Below are positions 25,046 to 33,750 of a DNA stretch of 40,625 nucleotides, in pieces. The notes beneath the pieces were generated by a model. The model was not told the DNA's origin. It saw only the letters and a list, made by a program, of their open reading frames with translations, and did no database searches. This DNA is from a virus. Position numbers and translations under genes: made by a program. The number at the start of each line of letters is the position of its first letter. The first letter of the stretch is position 1. The DNA lies in UHGV virus genome UHGV-1366629, one strand, 5' to 3'.

Positions 25046-25678
25046 ATGGAAAAAGAAAAAACATTAGTATTATCAGTAGAGGTTACAGACCAAGCGGCAA
25101 AATTTGACTTATTAAGTCCTGACGAGTCTGAAGTATTAGAACTAACTATTTACCGCCAAACTTATACCAATGGGGAATGGGTAGATGATGAAGAAGTAAG
25201 CGAACAGTTCTATAAAGATATTAACGATGTGTTCGGTGTACTTACTGAAGACCAACTTGAGGAAACTGTAGACAATACGATTGAGGTATATGTTAAAGCT
25301 GAAGACGGCAAAGCATATGTACACGAACCACGCTCTCTAAACTTGGATAAACCTGAACTAGATGAAGTAGGCGAGTTAGAAAGTGGTAAAGTTGTGGAAA
25401 TCATTGATTTTGACACTAAACGTATCTTAGTATTTGAAACTGAAGAAGGTAAGCGCCGCCCTAAAAACTTTAACTTTGGTAAATATAATAAAAAATTAGA
25501 TAAATACTTAGTTTCTAAAGTTGACCTATTAAACCATCAAGACAAATTCAAAACGCTAACTGGTCATGACTGGGACGACTATGAGGGTGTTATTGGTAAA
25601 AAAGGAATGGTTGAAATTAAGTCATTCAAATCAGGTAAAAAAGAAATTCCGTTCGTTGACTTGAAAAAACTAAAATAA
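25046..25678 (+). CDS. hypothetical protein, strongly acidic N-terminal domain (~28% D+E) and basic C-terminal third
   Basis: 210 aa; RBS aagagg; immediately upstream of DNA polymerase. Confidence 0.6.
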   Translation: MEKEKTLVLSVEVTDQAAKFDLLSPDESEVLELTIYRQTYTNGEWVDDEEVSEQFYKDINDVFGVLTEDQLEETVDNTIEVYVKAEDGKAYVHEPRSLNLDKPELDEVGELESGKVVEIIDFDTKRILVFETEEGKRRPKNFNFGKYNKKLDKYLVSKVDLLNHQDKFKTLTGHDWDDYEGVIGKKGMVEIKSFKSGKKEIPFVDLKKLK

Positions 25679-25687
25679 AAAAGACAT

Positions 25688-25736
25688 AGAAAGTTGAGTG
25701 TAAAAGCTTGACTTTCTTTTTTATATGTGATATTAT
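25688..25736 (+). terminator. terminator-promoter cassette: hairpin with embedded -35, T-run, TATTAT
   Basis: agaaagttgag-tgtaaaag-cttgactttct ttttt; ttgact(25708)-17-tattat(25731). Confidence 0.55.
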
Positions 25737-25803
25737 ATAAGTGTGATAGGGTTAAACCTTATGGAAAATGAGTACGTCACAATATAAGGAAAGAGGGGAA
25801 CAT

Positions 25804-28095
25804 ATGATTCAATTAACAGATAAAGAGAAAGCGGCAGTAAAAGACTATTTAGATTTAGTTAACAACTTGAGAGGTAGACCAAGTGACAATAAGGGCTTGA
25901 CTAATGGTAGGCAGTCATTGCAGTTAATCAGTAAAGAACCACATACCTCTAAAGCTGGTAATGAGATGTTAAAAGTCAAATGGCGCAATATTGACACAGG
26001 AGCTAATGATTTTGTATATTTGATGAATGGTAAAAAGGCATATAAGAACACTAAGTGTATTGAAGTTGGCGACGTGTATGAGGCTATCGTTGGTGGCGTT
26101 GGTGGTTTCGTACAAGTAACACCTTTCAAAAAAATAGGGTCTGCTGAATTACCAACCGAAAATAAAATGTGTGCTAAACATATTATCGCTTACGATATTG
26201 AGGTATTTAAATATAATTTCTCATTCGTTTATATTGATATTTTAAGCGGTAAAAAATTAGAGATTGAAGACGATTTACCATTACTTGAAAAGTTTCTAAA
26301 AGCTCATGAAAATGATATATTTGTTGGGTATAATAATGTTGGATATGATAAACACATTAGAAAAGGTATTCGTGACCAAAAAGACCCCTATAAAATAAGT
26401 AAGGAAATCATTGACGGGGATAAGAAAAATAGTAAAGTGTGGAAAATGTACAACGGTCGTATAGATTCATTATGTGAAATTGACTTGTATCAAGATAACG
26501 CTGGTTTCAGTTTGAAAGAACATAATGCCTTTAATGGGTTAGCTATTCAAGAGTCTGAGGTTGACTTTGATATTGACCGAGAGTTAACCACTAGCGAGAA
26601 AAAAGACAACATGAAATACAATACGGCCGATGTTGAGGGTACTGTGGTTAGATTCCTAAAAATGTTAGGTTCATTAAAAACTAAGGCAATGTTATTAGAA
26701 ATGTATAATTTAGATTATACTTGGTTAAGTAAAACAAATGCTTCATTAATTGCTGAAATTCTTAAAGCTAAACACCATGCTGACCGAGGTGACTTATTTG
26801 ACAAATACCCTAAACCTGACTGGATAAGATTCGACAATGAGGACATTCTAAAACAGGTCAATGAGTGGGTGCTTGAATTAGATGAATTACCACGGGTAAC
26901 TAAGACTAAAGACGGCGAGAAATATGAAACAACTGACTTATCATATACTTTACAATTGCGGGACTTAGAAATTAAACTAGGTAGTGGTGGTGTTCATGGG
27001 GCAGTTGCCAATTATATTAAACAAAATACGGTAATATATCAATCTGACGTTGGTTCACTATATCCTTGGACGATGGTATTACATGACTATATTAGTAGAA
27101 ACATTCCAGAAAAATATAGACACTTTTACCAAGACATTTTAGAGGCTAGAATGAAGTATAAGGCCGCTGGGGATAAAGCAAGAGAGAAAGCCATGAAGTT
27201 GGTACTTAACACAATGTACGGCGTATTACGTGCTAAATTTAATGCTTTATTTGACCCTCGTCAAGCTATTTTAATTAATATCACTGGTCAATTGGCAATG
27301 TTAGACTTAGCTGACAAGATTCAACCTTATGGCTATATCTCAGCAATGAATACCGATTCTATCAACTATGAGCCATTTAGTGAAGAGGACGAGGCTAAAA
27401 TTGAAGAGGTTAAAAAAGATTGGTGTAAGCGGTCAGGTTATACGTTAGACACTGATATTTTAACAGACATTGCCCAGCGTGATATTAATAACTATATTTG
27501 TCGCTTTGATAATGGTGAGATTAAAACGAAAGGCGCTATTTCAATGGGTGGCGGTGTTAAATGGTCTAAAGCGATTGTAATGAATGCTGTTAAAGAGTAT
27601 TTCATGAATAATATTGAACCTGAGGAATATATTAAAAATGCTACTGATTTACGTGATTTTCAAATTATTAGTAAGACTGGTTACACTTTCAAAGAAACGA
27701 GAGCTTACATTAATGAAGAGAATGAAGAGGACTATACTAAAATTCAAAAAGTTAACCGTTCATTTGCTGTTAAAAAAGGGGTTGGTCAACCTATTAAAAT
27801 TCGTAAGTTTAAGTTAGGTGAATTACCTGAAGAGCCAAGTGTTGACAGTGATAAGTATGAGGACTGGTTAGAGTTAGCGACTGAATATGCTGAGATTGGT
27901 GAAGAGGCCTACGGATATAAACACGGTCAAATAGTTAAAGGGTTACCTAATGAACCTGATAATTATATCATTGATAACAATAGCATAGACTTCTTAAATA
28001 TTTCAAGAAATGATATTGATGATGATTATTATATTTCTGAAGCTAAACGAATGATTGCCCAATATGAGAACGGAACGGGTGATTTAGAGGAATAA
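25804..28095 (+). CDS. family B DNA polymerase with 3'-5' exonuclease domain (ORF opens at 25768; ATG 25804 has the better RBS)
   Basis: Exo I YDIE, Exo II YNNVGYD, Pol A SDVGSLYPW, Pol B KLVLNTMYG, Pol C MNTDSINYE. Confidence 0.85.
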   Translation: MIQLTDKEKAAVKDYLDLVNNLRGRPSDNKGLTNGRQSLQLISKEPHTSKAGNEMLKVKWRNIDTGANDFVYLMNGKKAYKNTKCIEVGDVYEAIVGGVGGFVQVTPFKKIGSAELPTENKMCAKHIIAYDIEVFKYNFSFVYIDILSGKKLEIEDDLPLLEKFLKAHENDIFVGYNNVGYDKHIRKGIRDQKDPYKISKEIIDGDKKNSKVWKMYNGRIDSLCEIDLYQDNAGFSLKEHNAFNGLAIQESEVDFDIDRELTTSEKKDNMKYNTADVEGTVVRFLKMLGSLKTKAMLLEMYNLDYTWLSKTNASLIAEILKAKHHADRGDLFDKYPKPDWIRFDNEDILKQVNEWVLELDELPRVTKTKDGEKYETTDLSYTLQLRDLEIKLGSGGVHGAVANYIKQNTVIYQSDVGSLYPWTMVLHDYISRNIPEKYRHFYQDILEARMKYKAAGDKAREKAMKLVLNTMYGVLRAKFNALFDPRQAILINITGQLAMLDLADKIQPYGYISAMNTDSINYEPFSEEDEAKIEEVKKDWCKRSGYTLDTDILTDIAQRDINNYICRFDNGEIKTKGAISMGGGVKWSKAIVMNAVKEYFMNNIEPEEYIKNATDLRDFQIISKTGYTFKETRAYINEENEEDYTKIQKVNRSFAVKKGVGQPIKIRKFKLGELPEEPSVDSDKYEDWLELATEYAEIGEEAYGYKHGQIVKGLPNEPDNYIIDNNSIDFLNISRNDIDDDYYISEAKRMIAQYENGTGDLEE

Positions 28096-28155
28096 CGTGT
28101 TTGAGAGAGCGATTCTAAGGCATTTTCAGAATTGAAGTAAGGTGATTATACAAAG

Positions 28156-28195
28156 AAAAGAGCTAGGGGCTTAATAACCTCTAACTCTTTTTTGT
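28156..28195. terminator. bidirectional intrinsic terminator between convergent DNA polymerase and endolysin genes
   Basis: aaaagagctagggg-cttaataa-cctctaactctttttt, A-run upstream and T-run downstream. Confidence 0.6.
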
Positions 28196-28198
28196 GTT

Positions 28199-29173
28199 TT
28201 ATTGATATAACAAGGTTTGTTTACTATTGGTGAATAACCAAATGAACTCGTCAGGTAACTGAACATGAGATAATGTATAACCCATGTACGGAGTTTGTTC
28301 TTGAACTACACCAACCGAGTTAACTTGGAAATTGAAATAATCGCCAACTTTCAAAACTTGGTCTTTAGTAGGCTGTCCCGTAGCTGGGTTGACTTTATCA
28401 ACAATACTAACAGGGATACCATTGTCAGTCCAATTAAAGTCAATTTTACCTAAATGCTCGTTGTAAATTTGCCACATGCCGTTGACATACTCTAACCCAT
28501 CAACACGATAGTTAAACCGATTTGTCTTAGTTGGGTTCTCAGGTTTAGGTTTTTCAGGGGTTGGGGTAGGTTTTACAGATTCACCAGAAACACCATTCGT
28601 CAAGTCATGAGCTAACTGAGATTTACTAACTCCCATTTTAGCTAAATAGCCGTAAGGGTCAGTGTGGTCGCCCCAAACAAAGTCGGTAACCCATTGATGA
28701 CTTACTACACCTTTTTCCCAAACTGAGCCGCCTTGGTCTAATGTCATAGGAATGCCGAACTTTTTACCCATGTCCCTAGTGTAGTCAATGTAAGCCTTGT
28801 AATTCTTTTTGAATAACTCTTTATCATTGGTATGTTGTAACTCAATTTGAACAGGAGCGTAAGGGTTAGCATAACCTGCACCCCATGAAACATTACCCTC
28901 AGGAGCGATTTTATAAACAATTCCACCATCACCTACAATAGCTGTAGTATGTGCATTAAACCAATTGTTTTTCATATATGTGGCCTCATTACGTCCCGTA
29001 GCTCTTGGGTTGGCAGTTTCATGCAAGATAATCTTGTTAGGATATGCCACTTGACCAGAACCCTCATAAGGGCTTAAATGGAACTCATTGTTAACCTCGT
29101 AAGCGTTTACATTGATACCGAATAACATACTACCCGTTACAACTAATAAACCTAATAAATTTTTGAATTTCAT
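28199..29173 (-). CDS. endolysin: N-acetylmuramoyl-L-alanine amidase (amidase_2/PGRP) with N-terminal Sec signal peptide and C-terminal cell-wall-binding region
   Basis: MKFKNLLGLLVVTGSMLFGINVNA signal peptide; KIILHETANPRATG zinc-amidase motif; PT-rich linker; C-terminal domain. Confidence 0.8.
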   Translation of the reverse strand: MKFKNLLGLLVVTGSMLFGINVNAYEVNNEFHLSPYEGSGQVAYPNKIILHETANPRATGRNEATYMKNNWFNAHTTAIVGDGGIVYKIAPEGNVSWGAGYANPYAPVQIELQHTNDKELFKKNYKAYIDYTRDMGKKFGIPMTLDQGGSVWEKGVVSHQWVTDFVWGDHTDPYGYLAKMGVSKSQLAHDLTNGVSGESVKPTPTPEKPKPENPTKTNRFNYRVDGLEYVNGMWQIYNEHLGKIDFNWTDNGIPVSIVDKVNPATGQPTKDQVLKVGDYFNFQVNSVGVVQEQTPYMGYTLSHVQLPDEFIWLFTNSKQTLLYQ

Positions 29174-29193
29174 ATTGACACCTCTACTTTTTA

Positions 29194-29463
29194 TTATTTG
29201 TTTAATACATTTTCACTATCTTTAACACCTTTAGTTGTCGGGTCAATAATAGCATTGTAAACACTAACAGCAATTAAACCTAATACATATGGGTTAGAAA
29301 TGCCGTCTAAGAGTACTTTACCCAATAAAGGGAAACTTGTAAGGTCAGACAGTTGTAAGCCAGCATATCCAATAATAGGGACAATTACGGACATTACTAA
29401 TTGAGCAATAAATAATGGGTTTTTAAAACGTACTTTCCAATTAATTTTAGTCATGGTCGTCAC
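29194..29463 (-). CDS. holin (LL-H-like lactobacillus phage holin family)
   Basis: 89 aa; NWKVRFKNPLFIAQLVMSVIVPIIGYAGL...NPYVLGLIAVSVYNAIIDPTTKG; two TM helices. Confidence 0.75.
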   Translation of the reverse strand: MTTMTKINWKVRFKNPLFIAQLVMSVIVPIIGYAGLQLSDLTSFPLLGKVLLDGISNPYVLGLIAVSVYNAIIDPTTKGVKDSENVLNK

Positions 29464-29797
29464 CGCCTTTCCATTCTAAATTTTTGACTTTCTCGAAAAG
29501 GTCTATTAAAACACCAGTGCCGCCCAACGCTAAATAGCTGGAATATAAAGCGTGTAAGTTTCGGTACTCTTCAGGTGTAATATAACCCCTTTCAATATAG
29601 TCATTAGCTAGTGTATAAATTGAGTTATGCAACAAGCCTTTAACTGCTTCAGTCATTGCGAGATTGTTTCCTTTGACTCTCTTCATAAAGTTAGTTACAT
29701 ATTTGACAATCAAAATAAGGCCACCCACTAAAGTAACCCCGAATATGTCAGATATGAAAGCGCTTACATTTAACAAGTTTTTAAACAAATTTCTCAC
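29447..29797 (-). CDS. second holin-like / lysis-associated membrane protein
   Basis: 116 aa; N-terminal TM SAFISDIFGVTLVGGLILIV; directly upstream of holin. Confidence 0.4.
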   Translation of the reverse strand: MRNLFKNLLNVSAFISDIFGVTLVGGLILIVKYVTNFMKRVKGNNLAMTEAVKGLLHNSIYTLANDYIERGYITPEEYRNLHALYSSYLALGGTGVLIDLFEKVKNLEWKGGDDHD

Positions 29798-29816
29798 CTC
29801 ATTTATACATAACTAT

Positions 29817-29854
29817 ATTATACCACAAAAAGAGGACTCATTACAAGCCCTCTT
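29817..29854 (-). terminator. late-strand cassette copy 1: terminator hairpin AGAGGGC-ttgtaatga-GTCCTCT + T5 immediately followed by extended -10 TGTGGTATAAT
   Basis: plus attataccacaaaaagaggactcattacaagccctctt; near-identical copies at 33703-33739 and 40050-40088. Confidence 0.6.
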
Positions 29855-29887
29855 GATGATTATTAAGACTTTAGTCTTAGTTGTTTA

Positions 29888-31540
29888 TTAAGACCAGTCA
29901 CCACCGAACTCTATTGAGCCGTCAGGGTTCTGAGTCATGATTTTAACTTCCCCAGCCCCTAAAGCTCCCTCAGTTGGAAAAGGGTCTTCAGTGAAATAAG
30001 TTGCTGTTAAATAATGGTTTCCTGTATGGTTAGTCGTCCATCGGATATATCCCGTTTGTTCAATAAGGCCTTGATAATTTCTTGCCGCATTGGTGGCGAA
30101 AGCCCATTGACTGGTAGCTATAGTCGTGTTGAAAAATGGGGCATTTGCTTCTTGCCTAAACCCAACTGGAATCTGATAAATCTGGTCCATTGTTCCAGTA
30201 CTACCATGTAAAAACTTAGTTACGTCACTAATGTTCATTCTACCGTTAAGCGTTACACGGTTACCTACTCGCTTGAAGTCAAAACGACACTCAGGAGCGT
30301 TTACCCCGTCCCAACCAGCGCCATAGTTAGGTAAGCCTTTTTCTTTATAAACATAAATTTTATTATGCTGTTGAAGTGTGGTGATGTTACTTGTGTTAGT
30401 ACCGATATTCATTGTGTTAGTTGCTATCCTACGCCCTTGGTCTGAAACAGTATCATCAATACGAACAATACTAGCCTCATTAGCTACCTCTACCCAAGGT
30501 GTTGAACTAACCCCATTAGTATTTCTATAGGCCGTTCTAGCAAATGTTGGGTTATTTAGTTTAATCTCTTGATAGCGATAGGCATTAGTTGGTTGACCTA
30601 CTGGCATACTTACAAATAACCCAGCATTTCTAAAGTTAATAGGTAATGAATTTTGGTCGGTGTAAGTAATGGCCGTTGCTCGTGGGACATAGAAATAACC
30701 AGTTAACTTAGCTAAGTCATTAAATGAAGTAATATCACTTGGAACGGGTAACGGTTGACCATCATCAGCGGTTAATTTGAATTTTTGAATAGTGTCAGGA
30801 ATTTCACCCTTTTTCATGAAAGTAGAATCTGCTTCAGGTTTAGTATAAAAATTACCATTCTCAAAGTCAGCCAAAGCTTGGGCAACTCGTGACTCATAAC
30901 CTGAAACTAATGTTTCCAAGTCTTGTTGAGCTTTAGCAATCTTAGCCTCTAACTCAGCAATTTCAGTGTTTAACCGTGCCTCTAATGCTGTGATTTTACT
31001 ACTCAAGTTAGCCTCAGCTGTATTAATATTATTTCTCAATGTATCTAACTCAGCGTTAGCTTGTGCCAATTTATCAGTTAATTGTTGTAAGTAACTTTCA
31101 GCTGTAGCCTCCATTCTGTCAATAATTTCTTGTAATTCATCAACGTAGTGAGCTACATCTTTATCCGTAACATTGGCCTCAGGTAATACAAACCAATCTA
31201 AGTTGACGGTACTTGTTTGCGCCGTACTTGCTTTTTTAACCTCTAAATAAACAACTTTAAAAGCCCCTGAAGCACTGTTCCAATCTTTAGTTAACACTAC
31301 TTTAGCACTGGTTATTGAGTTGCTAACTTGGATAGTTCCATCTAATTCGATATACTTATTGTCATTGGTGATACCTTTCAATTTAACTCTATCAACAGTA
31401 GGACTTAACAAATAGTTAGCTCCACCCGCAAAAAGTCTAAATATAATAGTTTCACCAAATTCACCCTGTCTAGTAACAACACCCGAAGTACTGTACTCTT
31501 GTTTTACTAAGTCTAATGTAAATGTTCTCTCTAATGCCAT
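29888..31540 (-). CDS. receptor-binding / baseplate protein: BppU-like N-terminal domain, central coiled coil, C-terminal head domain
   Basis: MALERTFTLDLVKQEY...RQGEFGETIIFRLFAGGANY (BppU_N-like); heptad-rich 140-215. Confidence 0.6.
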   Translation of the reverse strand: MALERTFTLDLVKQEYSTSGVVTRQGEFGETIIFRLFAGGANYLLSPTVDRVKLKGITNDNKYIELDGTIQVSNSITSAKVVLTKDWNSASGAFKVVYLEVKKASTAQTSTVNLDWFVLPEANVTDKDVAHYVDELQEIIDRMEATAESYLQQLTDKLAQANAELDTLRNNINTAEANLSSKITALEARLNTEIAELEAKIAKAQQDLETLVSGYESRVAQALADFENGNFYTKPEADSTFMKKGEIPDTIQKFKLTADDGQPLPVPSDITSFNDLAKLTGYFYVPRATAITYTDQNSLPINFRNAGLFVSMPVGQPTNAYRYQEIKLNNPTFARTAYRNTNGVSSTPWVEVANEASIVRIDDTVSDQGRRIATNTMNIGTNTSNITTLQQHNKIYVYKEKGLPNYGAGWDGVNAPECRFDFKRVGNRVTLNGRMNISDVTKFLHGSTGTMDQIYQIPVGFRQEANAPFFNTTIATSQWAFATNAARNYQGLIEQTGYIRWTTNHTGNHYLTATYFTEDPFPTEGALGAGEVKIMTQNPDGSIEFGGDWS

Positions 31541-31553
31541 ATTTATAAGCCTC

Positions 31554-32831
31554 CTAATTAATTTTATCTATAATCGTTCTTAATGAACTACCAATTGTCA
31601 TTTTATCGTAGGTGTCCGTGAGGATATTATACGTATAACCTGAAACTCGTCCTGTAATTGTTCTATTTAATTCCTTAACATGAACCTTAACGCTGTCCCC
31701 TAACTGTAAAGCCAATAAGTGAGAAAGCTCTTGTAACCCTTGGTCACCCCTGATACTGTCAAAATCAAATTTAATCGTTTCAACTGGCATAGACCGATTT
31801 TTGTTAGCGGCATTCCAAATATTAGCCTGTTTAATCAAGTTATTTCTAACATGTGCCTTACCGTCTTTAATAGGGTCACCTAAACTGCTCTCACTCTCAC
31901 CACCCCAGTCTTTAATAATAACTGAACCGATACGACTTTCTTTATCTGCTATTTTTGAAGTTAGTTCATGTAATTTTTGGCGGTAGTTACTAGCTGTGTT
32001 ATCAGTATCTTTTATATAAATAGTGTTAGTTTGTTGAACACCCTCAACCCCTGAATCGGTATTATAGGTAAAAATATGAACAACCCCATTAAGTAAATTA
32101 GTACTGTCTATTGTGTACTCTATTCCACTTACTTGAACACTTGTACTAAGCACCATATTTAAGTTAGGCCGCCCTAGTGCTGTATGATGGGTTACCGTTG
32201 GGCTGTTTGGTATTGAGGTAGTTTTGTCAAATTCACCACCGAACATATCAGCCAATGAGTTTTCTGAGCCTCCAATTAGTTCTAGCATGGTTTTACCATA
32301 TGGCTTCACTTGTAAATAGTTAACCCCAGCCGTGTTTATCATATTGGCCTTTAGTAACTCTCCACTAACATAAACGTTAGGGTATCTGTCCTTAGGTGAT
32401 ACATGAAAGGCATAATCTGGTAATTGATACATTCTCAATCGTGAACCACCATCGGCCGTAGCGTGTACTTCATTTATTGCATATACTCCATTTCTAACCG
32501 TATTAAATTCAGGTTCAGCTGTGAAAGTAATTGTTTTTGCTGTGGTATTATAACTTACATAATTAATTATAAACGTACCATCAAGTGAAGACACCTCATT
32601 ATATCTAACTCGAATTAAGTTTTCCGCTTGAATTAATGCCATGTTATTATCATTCATTTCACAAACTACAGTAGGAATAGGGTCACCAAAGTTAGTTACT
32701 GTAATGACCGCTGAATAAATTCCGTTAATACGGCCTAGGTTTATTTTTCTCATATTAATGGGTGCATTTGTTTGCTCAATTGGAAACTCATAAGCACTCA
32801 CCGCAATAGTTCTTTTACGTGTAATATACAT
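31554..32831 (-). CDS. tail-associated lysin / baseplate hub (Tal) N-terminal-domain-type protein
   Basis: 425 aa immediately after Dit; assigned by position and size. Confidence 0.55.
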   Translation of the reverse strand: MYITRKRTIAVSAYEFPIEQTNAPINMRKINLGRINGIYSAVITVTNFGDPIPTVVCEMNDNNMALIQAENLIRVRYNEVSSLDGTFIINYVSYNTTAKTITFTAEPEFNTVRNGVYAINEVHATADGGSRLRMYQLPDYAFHVSPKDRYPNVYVSGELLKANMINTAGVNYLQVKPYGKTMLELIGGSENSLADMFGGEFDKTTSIPNSPTVTHHTALGRPNLNMVLSTSVQVSGIEYTIDSTNLLNGVVHIFTYNTDSGVEGVQQTNTIYIKDTDNTASNYRQKLHELTSKIADKESRIGSVIIKDWGGESESSLGDPIKDGKAHVRNNLIKQANIWNAANKNRSMPVETIKFDFDSIRGDQGLQELSHLLALQLGDSVKVHVKELNRTITGRVSGYTYNILTDTYDKMTIGSSLRTIIDKIN

Positions 32832-33673
32832 TAATATACTAACCTCCTGTCAATATCCATTTGCAACTTATAGTTAATATCATGTTGACCATTTAAAGCG
32901 ACATTAACCCGATATTCACCTACGTCAAGTCGTGGATAGTCATTTATTTGTAAAATGTCCCATGCTTGAGTAAATTCATTTTGAGGTATGTTATTCACAT
33001 AAGCAACACACTTCTCACCGTCAATAATAAGAGGTTGGTCTTTTCTAAAATCTAACTGCCAACCTTGCACTAAACCCTCCCAGCGGTCACGGGTATTATC
33101 TAGCTTATAAATATTAATTGATATACTAGTTGGATATACTGGGGAACTGTTTACCTCTTGAGTTAATTTGATAATTGGAAAACATGGATAGTTACCATCA
33201 TTAACAATATAACCCGTTGTGGTGTTCTTGTCAAATGTCATTAGTACATGGTCATCAATTTTATAAGGGAAAGGGTTACATGTAAAGGTTGCTGTGAAAA
33301 TACCATGCTCTAGTATTTCGCTTGTAGTGTCCCCTATTACCACGTTTTTAACTTCATATTGAACAGGCAAATCATCATTAAATCGAATTGTTTTAGCGTT
33401 AAATAATGCTTTTCTCATCGAATAAAAATTCTTTCTAAAACTGTTTAAAAAAGGGTCGTCAACATTCAAATAGTTAAATTTAACATCTATTTCAATATCA
33501 GACCAACCTACGTCCATTCTAGTAGTCCCTCGTTCTGAATACTTATTCTCAGTATATACTTGTTGTCTTTTTGGTGAGGGAATTTCAGGTCGTTCCATCA
33601 AACACAACCCGTATTGTTCCATATCTACATTGTTAACTAATATGTGAGGGCTGTCATTAAAAAACAAATTCAT
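32831..33673 (-). CDS. distal tail protein (Dit)
   Basis: 280 aa immediately downstream of tape measure. Confidence 0.65.
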   Translation of the reverse strand: MNLFFNDSPHILVNNVDMEQYGLCLMERPEIPSPKRQQVYTENKYSERGTTRMDVGWSDIEIDVKFNYLNVDDPFLNSFRKNFYSMRKALFNAKTIRFNDDLPVQYEVKNVVIGDTTSEILEHGIFTATFTCNPFPYKIDDHVLMTFDKNTTTGYIVNDGNYPCFPIIKLTQEVNSSPVYPTSISINIYKLDNTRDRWEGLVQGWQLDFRKDQPLIIDGEKCVAYVNNIPQNEFTQAWDILQINDYPRLDVGEYRVNVALNGQHDINYKLQMDIDRRLVY

Positions 33674-33702
33674 ATTTAAACCTCCTTTTATATTCTACAT
33701 CA

Positions 33703-33739
33703 ATTATACCACAAAAAGAGGACTCATTACAAGCCCTCT
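33703..33739 (-). terminator. late-strand cassette copy 2 (terminator after TMP + TGTGGTATAAT promoter for Dit)
   Basis: plus attataccacaaaaagaggactcattacaagccctct. Confidence 0.6.
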
Positions 33740-33750
33740 AATAAACTTTT

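Noticed and set aside
25804-28095. Intein or intron inside the DNA polymerase or terminase
   Set aside because: Polymerase motifs occur in the normal order with normal spacing and the protein sizes (775 and 579 aa) are ordinary; no unexplained insertions.
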